The notes under the pieces were generated by a model. It saw only the letters and a program-made list of their open reading frames with translations. It was not told the origin of the DNA and ran no database searches. Below are positions 56,243 through 64,000 of a stretch of 64,000 nucleotides of DNA, piece after piece (the stretch's first letter is position 1; each line of letters opens with the position of its first letter). Position numbers and translations under genes: made by a program. Location: assembly GCA_000437915.1 (NCBI GenBank), contig FR900999.1, forward strand, positions 230,479-294,478. The letters run 5' to 3'. Source of the stretch: Subdoligranulum sp. CAG:314. Its GTDB lineage: Bacteria > Bacillota > Clostridia > Christensenellales > CAG-314.

Positions 56243-56710
56243 ATGCAGGAAGTTTTCTTAACGGCACAGGGCTACAAAGAGCTGGAAGAGCGTCTGGAGT
56301 ATCTCAAAACGGTACGCCGCCACGAAGTCAGCGAAAAAATCAAAATCGCGCGCGAGTTCGGAGATATATCGGAAAACGCCGAGTATGACTCCGCCAAGGA
56401 CGAGCAGGCAATGGTGGAGGGCGAAATTCTTGAAATCGAAAACAAGCTGCACGTCGCCAAAATCATCGACGAGGACTCGGCGTCGGGTCAGGTTGTGCGT
56501 CTCGGAAGCACGGTCACTTTTCTCAACGTGAGCAACGATACGCGCATGACGTATCAAATCGTGGGTACGACCGAGGCAGACCCTTTGAACGCGCGCATTT
56601 CCAACGAATCTCCCGTCGGACGGATGAGTCTCAACAAAAAGAAGGGCGCGATTATCGACGTGGAGGTGCCTACGGGGACGCTGCGTCTTAAAATTCTCGA
56701 TATAAACTGA
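56243..56710 (+). CDS. greA: Transcription elongation factor GreA
   Basis: [29 protein letters not shown], and a C-terminal FKBP-like domain. Confidence 0.95.
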   Translation: MQEVFLTAQGYKELEERLEYLKTVRRHEVSEKIKIAREFGDISENAEYDSAKDEQAMVEGEILEIENKLHVAKIIDEDSASGQVVRLGSTVTFLNVSNDTRMTYQIVGTTEADPLNARISNESPVGRMSLNKKKGAIIDVEVPTGTLRLKILDIN

Positions 56711-56738
56711 TTTACCTTATTTAAAAGGAACACCCGAA

Positions 56739-58259
56739 ATGGACGTTAAAGAAAAAAACAATACGGAAAAAACCAACGCTGCCGCCGAGCCTGTCGCAGA
56801 GGATTTAAACGAGGTTATGCGAATACGCCGCGAAAAGCTGGCGGCTCTTGTTGCCGAAGGAAAAAATCCCTTTGAAATCACAAAATTTCCCAAAACGCAC
56901 GATTCCGCCGACGTAAAAAACGATTTTGAAAGGCTGGAAAACACCGTTGTCAGCCTTGCAGGCAGAATAATTTCCGTGCGCATTATGGGCAAGGCTAGCT
57001 TTTGTCACATACTTGACGGGGAGGGCAGCATTCAGCTTTACGTCCGGCGCGACGAGCTGGGCGACGAAGATTACGCCGCGTTCAAAAGCTGGGACATAGG
57101 CGACATAATCGGAGTTAAGGGAGTGGTTTTCCGCACGCATATGGGCGAAATTTCCGTCCGTGCCGAAAAGCTCACTCTGCTTTCAAAGTCTCTTAGACCG
57201 CTGCCCGAAAAGTTCCACGGACTGAAAGATACGGATACGCGTTACAGACAGAGATACGTCGACCTCATTGCTAATCCCGAGGTCAAGCGGACGTTTGTCA
57301 TACGCTCTAAAATTATCAGCTGTATCCGCGAGTATCTCGACGGACTCGGATATATAGAAGTGGAAACGCCGGTGCTCAATACCATACCCGGCGGCGCAAA
57401 CGCGCGCCCCTTTGTGACGCACCACAACACGTTGGATATCGATATGTACATGAGAATAGCGACGGAGCTGTATCTCAAGCGTCTGATAGTCGGCGGCTTT
57501 GAAAAGGTGTATGAAATAGGGCGGCTTTTCAGAAACGAGGGTATGGATATTAGGCACAATCCGGAATTTACCACTATCGAGCTGTATCAGGCGTATGTCG
57601 ACTACAACCGCATGATGGAAATTTCGCAGGAGCTTTTCTGTTACTGCGCGGACAAGGTGCTGGGCACGCGCAAACTGCCTTACGGCGACGCGGAAATCGA
57701 CCTTGACAATTGGAGCAAAATGTCCATGATTGAGGCGGTAAAAACATATACCGGCGTCGATTTTCAAAATTTGGACGACGATTCCGCAGTCAAAGCCGCC
57801 GAAAAGCTTGGCGTTGAGCTTGACAAGGCGAAACGCACCTGGGGATTCGCTCTTTACGAGGTGTTTGACCGCAAGGTGGAGGAAAAGCTGATTCAGCCTA
57901 CGTTTATTTACGATTATCCCGTAGAAGTGAGTCCGCTTGCCAAGAAAAAACCGTCCGACAACCGTCTGACGGAGCGTTTCGAGTTTTTTATCTATGCGAG
58001 AGAAATGGGCAACGCTTTCAGCGAGCTTAACGACCCCATTGACCAATACAACCGTTTTGCCGAGCAGGTAAAGCAGCGCAACAGCGGCGACGACGAAGCG
58101 CAGATGATGGACGAGGACTATGTGACCGCTCTCGAATACGGGCTTGCGCCTACGGGCGGGTTGGGTATAGGAATAGACCGTATGGTTATGCTGTTCACCA
58201 ATTCCTATTCAATTAGAGACGTTCTGCTGTTCCCCACCATGAAGCCTTTGGGGAAATAA
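56739..58259 (+). CDS. lysS: Lysine--tRNA ligase, class II
   Basis: OB-fold N-terminal domain, FRNEG (motif 2 region) and [15 protein letters not shown] (motif 3). Confidence 0.95.
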   Translation: MDVKEKNNTEKTNAAAEPVAEDLNEVMRIRREKLAALVAEGKNPFEITKFPKTHDSADVKNDFERLENTVVSLAGRIISVRIMGKASFCHILDGEGSIQLYVRRDELGDEDYAAFKSWDIGDIIGVKGVVFRTHMGEISVRAEKLTLLSKSLRPLPEKFHGLKDTDTRYRQRYVDLIANPEVKRTFVIRSKIISCIREYLDGLGYIEVETPVLNTIPGGANARPFVTHHNTLDIDMYMRIATELYLKRLIVGGFEKVYEIGRLFRNEGMDIRHNPEFTTIELYQAYVDYNRMMEISQELFCYCADKVLGTRKLPYGDAEIDLDNWSKMSMIEAVKTYTGVDFQNLDDDSAVKAAEKLGVELDKAKRTWGFALYEVFDRKVEEKLIQPTFIYDYPVEVSPLAKKKPSDNRLTERFEFFIYAREMGNAFSELNDPIDQYNRFAEQVKQRNSGDDEAQMMDEDYVTALEYGLAPTGGLGIGIDRMVMLFTNSYSIRDVLLFPTMKPLGK

Positions 58260-58282
58260 ACGACGGTTTTTTGAGGTGAGAT

Positions 58283-59185
58283 ATGCCGAGAGAATACGAT
58301 TTCAAAGCCTTTGACGGAAAGTCGGTTCACGTTTACGTATGGGACGAGGTTTCAAAGCCTTTGGGTATGGTGCAGATTTGCCACGGAATGGCGGAGCACG
58401 CTTTAAGATACGACCGTTTCGCCCGTTATTTGAATGAAAACGGTTTTATAGTATTTGCGGACGACCACAGGGGACACGGCAAGACGGACGCCGAACATCT
58501 CGGCTACTCCGACGGCGATATGTTTTTCGACACGCTTAACGACGAGGTGACGTTGTCGGACAAATACAGGCAGCTTTATCCCCGTTTACCGTTGGTGCTT
58601 TTGGGACACAGCTACGGCTCTTTCGTCACGCAGGCGTACCTTATGAGATATGCCGACAGACTCAGCGGCGTTGTTCTCATGGGAAGCGCAAAAATGGACT
58701 CTCCCGCAGTCGCGATAGGGCATTTGATGGCGAAAAGCGGCAAGCCGAAGGAAGCGGCAGAAAAGATAAAACGGCTTACTTTCGACAAATACAACAAAAA
58801 ACTCAACTGCAAATGCTTCGTATCTTCAATTGACGAGGAGGCGGAGCGTTATCTTAACGACCCTTATTGCAATTTTGTTTGCTCCAACGCGTTTTACGAA
58901 TCTTTTTTCAGAGGATTGAAAACGCTTTACAAAAAGCGCAATCTTAAAAAACTGAGAGTGGATTTGCCCATGTTGATTGTCAGCGGGGCTTCCGACCCCG
59001 TCGGAGGCTACGGACGTTCCGTCAAAAGACTTTACTCCATGTACAGACGCAGGGGAGTGAAGAAAATCGGTTTAAAGCTGTTCGACGGATGTCTGCACGA
59101 GCCGCTTAACGATACGGCGCGGGAGCAATGCGGCGAGGCGATTAAAAATTTCTGTCTTGAAGCTGCTAACAAGCCCGTCGTATAA
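58283..59185 (+). CDS. Alpha/beta hydrolase, lysophospholipase/monoglyceride lipase-like
   Basis: HGMAEH, D.RGHGKT, nucleophile elbow GHSYGS and C-terminal histidine block CLHEPLND. Confidence 0.8.
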   Translation: MPREYDFKAFDGKSVHVYVWDEVSKPLGMVQICHGMAEHALRYDRFARYLNENGFIVFADDHRGHGKTDAEHLGYSDGDMFFDTLNDEVTLSDKYRQLYPRLPLVLLGHSYGSFVTQAYLMRYADRLSGVVLMGSAKMDSPAVAIGHLMAKSGKPKEAAEKIKRLTFDKYNKKLNCKCFVSSIDEEAERYLNDPYCNFVCSNAFYESFFRGLKTLYKKRNLKKLRVDLPMLIVSGASDPVGGYGRSVKRLYSMYRRRGVKKIGLKLFDGCLHEPLNDTAREQCGEAIKNFCLEAANKPVV

Positions 59186-59397
59186 GAAAAACTAAACCTT
59201 TGCCGCAGGGCAAAGGTTTTTTGTATAGTCAATATTTCGTTTATTCGTTTGTTTTTTTGATAATGTTATGTTAAACTATCGCTTGTCGGGCTTTAAAACC
59301 GACGGAATCTGAATTTTGTTACCGCCGGTTCTGAGGTCGGCGGCGATTTGATTGTCGAAAATTTGTTTCGGAATTTAGCGGACTGAGGGGTTTACCG

Positions 59398-60222
59398 ATG
59401 TACGAAATCACCAAAAAAGAATATTTGAGCAAAACCTCCGTGCTTATGAACGTCAAGGCGCCTTTGGTTGCCGCCAAGGCGGAGGCGGGACAATTTATTA
59501 TTTTGAGGTCGGACAAGGACGGAGAGAGACTTCCGTTTACAATAGCGGACAGCGACAGGAAAACTGGGGAAATCAGCATAGTTTTTCAGGCGGAGGGTTC
59601 GTCCACGAAAAAACTCGCGCTTTACGAAAAGGGCGATTTTTTGGAGGATTTCGTAGGTCCTCTGGGAAAACCGGCGCAGCTTGAAGGGCTTGAAAAGGCG
59701 CTTATTGTCTGCGGGGGGACGGGCGTGGCAAACGCTTATCCCGTCACCAAAAAGCTGTTTGGTTCGGGTTGCGTCACAGACGCCGTGCTCGGATTCAAAA
59801 CCCGCGACAGAGTGATGCTTGACAAGCATTATGCCGCGATAACGCGGCATGTCACGGTTATGACCGAGGACGGCAGTTTTTCGCGCAAGGGGCGCGTGAC
59901 CGACGGTCTTGCGGAAATACTTGAAAGAGAAGCATACGACAGAGTGTTTGTCATGGGACCGTTGACTATGATGCGCGACGTATGCCTGATTACAAAACAG
60001 CTCGGCGTAGCAACGACGGCGGGCATGAGCACCATTATGCTGGACGGCACCGGCATTTGCGGAGGCTGTCGCCTCACCGTAGACGGAAAAACCAAATTCG
60101 CTTGCGTGGACGGTCCCGATTTCGACGGGCACGCGGTGGATTTTGACGAAGCGATAAACCGTTCCGCCGTTTACGGAACGGAACGCGCGCACGCTTGCAA
60201 TCTGTTTAAGGAGAACAAATGA
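59398..60222 (+). CDS. nfnA: Sulfide/dihydroorotate dehydrogenase-like FAD/NAD-binding iron-sulfur subunit (NfnA-type)
   Basis: Ferredoxin-reductase-type fold (GQFIILR, RLPFTIA, CGGTGVA) and a C-terminal [2Fe-2S] motif CGGCR...FACVDGP. Overlaps the next gene by 4 nt. Confidence 0.8.
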   Translation: MYEITKKEYLSKTSVLMNVKAPLVAAKAEAGQFIILRSDKDGERLPFTIADSDRKTGEISIVFQAEGSSTKKLALYEKGDFLEDFVGPLGKPAQLEGLEKALIVCGGTGVANAYPVTKKLFGSGCVTDAVLGFKTRDRVMLDKHYAAITRHVTVMTEDGSFSRKGRVTDGLAEILEREAYDRVFVMGPLTMMRDVCLITKQLGVATTAGMSTIMLDGTGICGGCRLTVDGKTKFACVDGPDFDGHAVDFDEAINRSAVYGTERAHACNLFKENK

Positions 60223-61604
60223 ATTTCAATATGTCGGAAAAAAAGACGCCGATGCCTTGTCAGGACGTTTCCGAGAGAATAAAAAATTTCGATGAAGTAG
60301 ATTTCGGCTACGACGCCGAGCAGGCAAAGCAGGAAGCCATGAGGTGTCTTAACTGCAAGACGCGTCCTTGCGTAAAGGGCTGTCCCGTCAACAACGATAT
60401 ACCGAATTTTATTGCCAAAATCAAAGACGGGGAGTTCGAGGAGGCTTATCAGATTATCGCAAAGGCAAGCAACCTTCCCGCCGTCTGCGGCAGAGTCTGT
60501 CCGCAGGAAAATCAGTGCGAAAAAAATTGCACAAGGGGAATTAAAGGCGAGCCCGTGGCAATAGGTCGGCTTGAACGCTTTGTCGCAGATTATCATATAG
60601 TCAACAACAGAAAGACCGTCCGTCCGCAAAGCAACGGTCACAAGGTGGCTATCGTAGGCAGCGGTCCCGCCGGTCTGACCTGCGCGGGCGACCTTGCAAA
60701 AAAGGGCTACGAGGTCACGGTTTACGAATCTCTCCACAGACCGGGCGGAGTGCTGATATACGGCATACCGGAATTTTGTCTGCCAAACGAGGTTGTGGAG
60801 AGAGAAATAACCAAGTTAATCGAGCTTGGGGTAAAAATAGAAACAAACGTCGTGGTGGGGAAAACCCTTACAATCGAGGAAATGGAACGCAACGGAAACG
60901 AAGCGGTTTTCGTGGCAAACGGGGCGGAGACGCCGAGGTTTATGGATATACCCGGCGAAAACCTTAACGGAGTTTATTCTGCCAACGAGTATCTTATCAG
61001 AATAAATCTGATGAGAGCGCACAAAAAAAATACCGAGACTCCCATTCTGTTTTCAAAACGCGTGGCGGTTGTAGGCGGCGGAAACGTCGCTATTGACGCC
61101 GCGCGCTGCGCGGTAAGACTGGGCGCCGAAAAGGTTTACATAGTTTACAGGCGCGGCGAAAACGAATTGCCCGCCCGCCGCGAAGAGGTGGCTCACGCAA
61201 AGGAAGAGGGAATAGAGTTTAAATTTCTTACCAATCCCGTCAGGATAAACGGCAAAAACGGATTTGTCAGCTCGGTTACCTGCGTTGAGATGGAGCTTGG
61301 AGAGCCGGACTCCTCCGGCAGACGCTCTCCCGTGGTTAAAGAAAATTCCGAGTTTGATATAGAGGCGGACGCCGTGGTTATGGCGATAGGCACGACTCCC
61401 GCGACCTTGGTGACGGACACCACGGACGGACTCGATACCGACAAAAAGGGACTTATTGTCATCGACGAAAAGGGAGCAACAGGCAGACGGGGCGTTTACG
61501 CGGGAGGCGACGCGGTCACGGGTCCCGCGACGGTCATACTTGCCATGAGTGCAGGAAAGAGGGCAGCCGCTTCTATTGACGAATATATAAAAAGCAAGTC
61601 TTAA
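60219..61604 (+). CDS. nfnB: NADPH-dependent glutamate-synthase-small-chain-like oxidoreductase (NfnB-type)
   Basis: N-terminal Fe-S cysteine clusters (C.NC....C...CP and CGRVCP.E.QCE..C) and two Rossmann motifs VAIVGSGPAG and VAVVGGGNVA. Confidence 0.85.
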   Translation: MNFNMSEKKTPMPCQDVSERIKNFDEVDFGYDAEQAKQEAMRCLNCKTRPCVKGCPVNNDIPNFIAKIKDGEFEEAYQIIAKASNLPAVCGRVCPQENQCEKNCTRGIKGEPVAIGRLERFVADYHIVNNRKTVRPQSNGHKVAIVGSGPAGLTCAGDLAKKGYEVTVYESLHRPGGVLIYGIPEFCLPNEVVEREITKLIELGVKIETNVVVGKTLTIEEMERNGNEAVFVANGAETPRFMDIPGENLNGVYSANEYLIRINLMRAHKKNTETPILFSKRVAVVGGGNVAIDAARCAVRLGAEKVYIVYRRGENELPARREEVAHAKEEGIEFKFLTNPVRINGKNGFVSSVTCVEMELGEPDSSGRRSPVVKENSEFDIEADAVVMAIGTTPATLVTDTTDGLDTDKKGLIVIDEKGATGRRGVYAGGDAVTGPATVILAMSAGKRAAASIDEYIKSKS

Positions 61605-61678
61605 TCTTTAAAAAGCTTCCGCAAAGGCGGAGGCTTTTTTCTTGGAAAAAAATTTTTTTAAAAACTTTAAAAAAATGC

Positions 61679-61736
61679 TTGACAAGATAGCTTTGAAGTT
61701 ATATTATAGTGCCATAAATAGTAATGATTATCATTA
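61679..61736 (+). promoter_or_regulatory. Promoter with a Fur-family 7-1-7 operator upstream of the Fur/PerR-like gene
   Basis: TTGACA, 17-nt spacer, TATTAT. Perfect palindrome TAATGAT-T-ATCATTA at 61722-61736, between the -10 and the start codon. Confidence 0.6.
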
Positions 61737-61746
61737 TTGATTGATT

Positions 61747-62139
61747 ATGAGATATTCGGAACAGAGAGAAAAAATACTTCTTGCGGTCAAAAACTGTTGC
61801 GACCATCCGACCGCGGAGGTCATTTATTCCCGAGTCAAGGCGCAGATGCCCGATATTTCGATGGGCACTGTGTACAGAAATTTGCGTCTGCTTGCGGAAA
61901 TGGGCTTGGTTGACACGTTGGAGACAACGGACAAAAGCCTGCACTACGACGGAAACACGGAGGAGCACGTTCATTTTATCTGTACGGGCTGCAACAAAAT
62001 AACCGATGTTTTCGTCAGAGCGAAAATTCCCGCGCCGTTGAAGGATGACGGTTATCACGTCACAGGCAGCAAGCAGATTATTTACGGTCTTTGTCCGGAA
62101 TGCCGGAAAGAAAATAAAAAATTTTTACAAGGAGATTAA
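61747..62139 (+). CDS. Fur family transcriptional regulator, PerR-like by context
   Basis: R..IL........HPTAE.IY..V.......S.GTVYRNL..L...G, H.HF.C..C and C..C are the structural Zn sites. Located upstream of a rubrerythrin gene. The start could instead be TTG at 61741. Confidence 0.8.
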   Translation: MRYSEQREKILLAVKNCCDHPTAEVIYSRVKAQMPDISMGTVYRNLRLLAEMGLVDTLETTDKSLHYDGNTEEHVHFICTGCNKITDVFVRAKIPAPLKDDGYHVTGSKQIIYGLCPECRKENKKFLQGD

Positions 62140-62143
62140 AAAA

Positions 62144-62686
62144 ATGAAAAAGTTTGTTTGTTCTGTTTGCGGTTACGTACATGAAGGAGACACACCTCCC
62201 GAGTTTTGCCCTCTTTGCAAAGCGCCCGCGAGTAAGTTTGTGGAGCAGGCGGGAGAGAGACAATGGGCTGCCGAGCACGTTGTAGGCGTTGCCGAAGGCG
62301 CTCCTCAGGACATTATCGACGGACTTCGCATGAATTTCAACGGCGAGTGCAACGAGGTGGGTATGTATCTTGCAATGGCGCGAGTCGCCCACAGAGAGGG
62401 CTATCCCGAAATCGGAATGTATTACGAAAAGGCGGCTTATGAAGAGGCGGAACACGCCGCGAAGTTTGCCGAGCTTTTGGGCGAGGTTGTCACCGCTTCC
62501 ACCAAGAAAAATCTCGAATTGAGAGTCGACGCGGAAAACGGCGCGACAAAGGGCAAGTTCGATTTGGCAAAACGCGCCAAGGAGCTTAACCTCGACGCGA
62601 TTCACGACACCGTTCACGAAATGGCGCGCGACGAAGCCCGTCACGGCAAAGCGTTCGAAGGACTGCTTAAAAGATATTTCAAATAA
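62144..62686 (+). CDS. Reverse rubrerythrin: N-terminal rubredoxin-like domain plus a ferritin-like di-iron domain
   Basis: [10 protein letters not shown]...CPLCKAP at the N-terminus. E..E.A.F and [10 protein letters not shown] are di-iron ligand helices. RBS AGGAG. Confidence 0.85.
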   Translation: MKKFVCSVCGYVHEGDTPPEFCPLCKAPASKFVEQAGERQWAAEHVVGVAEGAPQDIIDGLRMNFNGECNEVGMYLAMARVAHREGYPEIGMYYEKAAYEEAEHAAKFAELLGEVVTASTKKNLELRVDAENGATKGKFDLAKRAKELNLDAIHDTVHEMARDEARHGKAFEGLLKRYFK

Positions 62687-62898
62687 TTTCTTACTTATAT
62701 GAGCTTGTCTGACGGTGAAAGAAATGAAAAGGAACTTTCAGACAACGGATACGCTTAAGAAGAAACGATAACTGCCAAAGAAAAAGCGCGGGGAAACCCG
62801 CGCTTATTTTATTTGAAAATTTATTTTTTATTTTATAGGCGGGGAGGTTGCAAAATTTGCCGTAAGATGTTAGAATAAAGCGCATGAACAGGTGTGGT

Positions 62899-64000
62899 AT
62901 GACAAAGTATATTTTCGTAACCGGCGGCGTTGTTTCAGGCTTGGGGAAAGGCATCACCATGGCTTCTATCGGGCGGCTGCTCAAATTGCGCGGGCTGAAA
63001 GTGACGGCTCAAAAAATGGACCCTTACATCAACGTGGACCCGGGCACAATGAGTCCTTATCAGCACGGAGAGGTTTATGTGACGGAGGACGGCGCGGAAA
63101 CCGACCTCGATTTGGGGCACTACGAGAGGTTTATCGACGAAAATCTCAACAAGTACAGCAATCTCACGACGGGAAAGGTGTATTGGAACGTGCTCAACAA
63201 GGAGCGCAAGGGGGAATATCTCGGAGAAACCGTGCAGATTATTCCCCATATCACAAACGAAATAAAACGCTTTGTACACAAGGTGGGGCAGAAAAGCGAC
63301 GCCGACGTCATTCTCACGGAAATAGGCGGTACCACAGGAGACATAGAAAGTCAGGCGTTTCTCGAAGCGATTCGGCAGATTTCCCACGAGGTGGGGAAGA
63401 ACAACTGTCTGTTTGTGCACGTCACGCTTGTGCCTTACATTCAGGGCTCAAACGAACAGAAATCCAAGCCTACGCAGCATTCCGTAAAGGAGCTTATGGG
63501 ATTGGGCATTTCTCCCGACATCATCGTTACCCGCTGCGACCAACCGCTTGACGAAAGCATACGGGCGAAAATCGCTCTTTTCTGCAACGTGGAAAAGGAT
63601 TGCGTCATAGAAAATTCCACGGTGGACGTGCTTTACAAAGCGCCTTTGATGCTTGAAGAAAGCAAACTGTCGGAGGTTATCTGCCGCAAGCTCAATCTCG
63701 AAACACCCGAGCCCGATTTGTCGGAATGGGTTTCCATGCTTGACAGAATAAACAAGGTCAGACACACCGTGAAAATAGCCATTGTCGGGAAATACGTAAA
63801 GCTGCACGACGCTTATCTTTCGATAGCGGAGGCTTTGAGACACGGCGGCTTTGAAAACGAAACAAAGGTAGAAATCAAATGGGTTGAGTCTGAATGCGTC
63901 AACGACAGGACGGCGGAAAAGCTGCTCGGCGACTGCGACGGCATTTTGGTTCCCGGCGGGTTCGGCGACAGAGGCATAGAGGGCAAAATCAGAGCGGTTA
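62899..64000 (+). CDS. pyrG: CTP synthase, N-terminal part; continues beyond the window
   Basis: [49 protein letters not shown] and [10 protein letters not shown]. The frame stays open to base 64000. Confidence 0.95.
   Translation, partial: MTKYIFVTGGVVSGLGKGITMASIGRLLKLRGLKVTAQKMDPYINVDPGTMSPYQHGEVYVTEDGAETDLDLGHYERFIDENLNKYSNLTTGKVYWNVLNKERKGEYLGETVQIIPHITNEIKRFVHKVGQKSDADVILTEIGGTTGDIESQAFLEAIRQISHEVGKNNCLFVHVTLVPYIQGSNEQKSKPTQHSVKELMGLGISPDIIVTRCDQPLDESIRAKIALFCNVEKDCVIENSTVDVLYKAPLMLEESKLSEVICRKLNLETPEPDLSEWVSMLDRINKVRHTVKIAIVGKYVKLHDAYLSIAEALRHGGFENETKVEIKWVESECVNDRTAEKLLGDCDGILVPGGFGDRGIEGKIRAV

Noticed and set aside
62892-63551. A 219-aa ORF on the plus strand at the 3' end of the window, plus the antisense ORFs at 62935-63420 and 63448-63843.
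   Set aside because: They overlap the unmistakable CTP synthase frame, which starts at 62899 ([18 protein letters not shown]...). That frame is absent from the ORF track only because it runs off the window without a stop. The alternative frames are Arg/Gly-rich with no motifs.
1-64000. A scan for CRISPR arrays, rRNA genes, IS or transposase genes, integrases, reverse transcriptases, restriction-modification or other defence operons, and toxin-antitoxin pairs.
   Set aside because: No regularly spaced direct repeats were seen, and none of the ORF translations has the corresponding catalytic motifs. The GNAT protein is a large Eis-type enzyme, not a TA toxin, and the RHH protein is linked to clpB, not to a toxin.

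Overview
The window looks like a core chromosomal segment of a Firmicutes/Clostridia-type genome. The evidence is the gene order priA-def-fmt-rsmB-rlmN-rsgA-rpe, GGAGG-type ribosome-binding sites, sigma-A TTGACA/TATAAT promoters, and a sporulation-type lipoprotein. Most of it is tightly packed housekeeping genes: translation and ribosome biogenesis (def, fmt, rsmB, rlmN, rsgA, rsmD, typA, rsfS, rpsT, an EF-G paralog, hpf, greA, lysS), chaperones (clpB, clpC-like), cofactor and nucleotide metabolism (coaD, nadD-yqeK, nrdR, pyrG, murI, rpe, DAHP synthase), copper homeostasis (copA/copZ) and redox functions (nfnAB-like, a Fur-family regulator plus reverse rubrerythrin). It also has many exporters: three MATE pumps, two MarR-linked modules, an ABC heterodimer, an EamA transporter, a ClC channel and an NCS2 permease. 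I saw no CRISPR array, rRNA gene, transposase, integrase, or obvious defence or toxin-antitoxin module. The one region ordinary annotation does not explain is 15.6-17.1 kb. There, a tRNA-Leu(CAA) gene and a tRNA-Pro gene converge on a lone 4'-phosphopantetheinyl transferase gene. Each tRNA is followed by a partial copy of its own 3' end plus terminator. Both partial copies begin at the same T-loop nucleotide and are fused to the same conserved 45-52 nt motif, so the two motif copies form inverted repeats around the transferase gene. The tRNA-Pro also appears to carry an unusual AGG (A34) anticodon. Lesser curiosities are an RHH-domain protein co-transcribed with clpB, ribosomal protein S20 with a roughly 119-aa Lys/Ala-rich tail, tandem paralogous polytopic membrane proteins, a P-loop kinase-like gene coupled to nrdR, a small Cys-rich cationic ORF, and a structured leader upstream of nfnAB. 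All functional calls come from reading the translated ORFs and motifs by eye; no database search was run.
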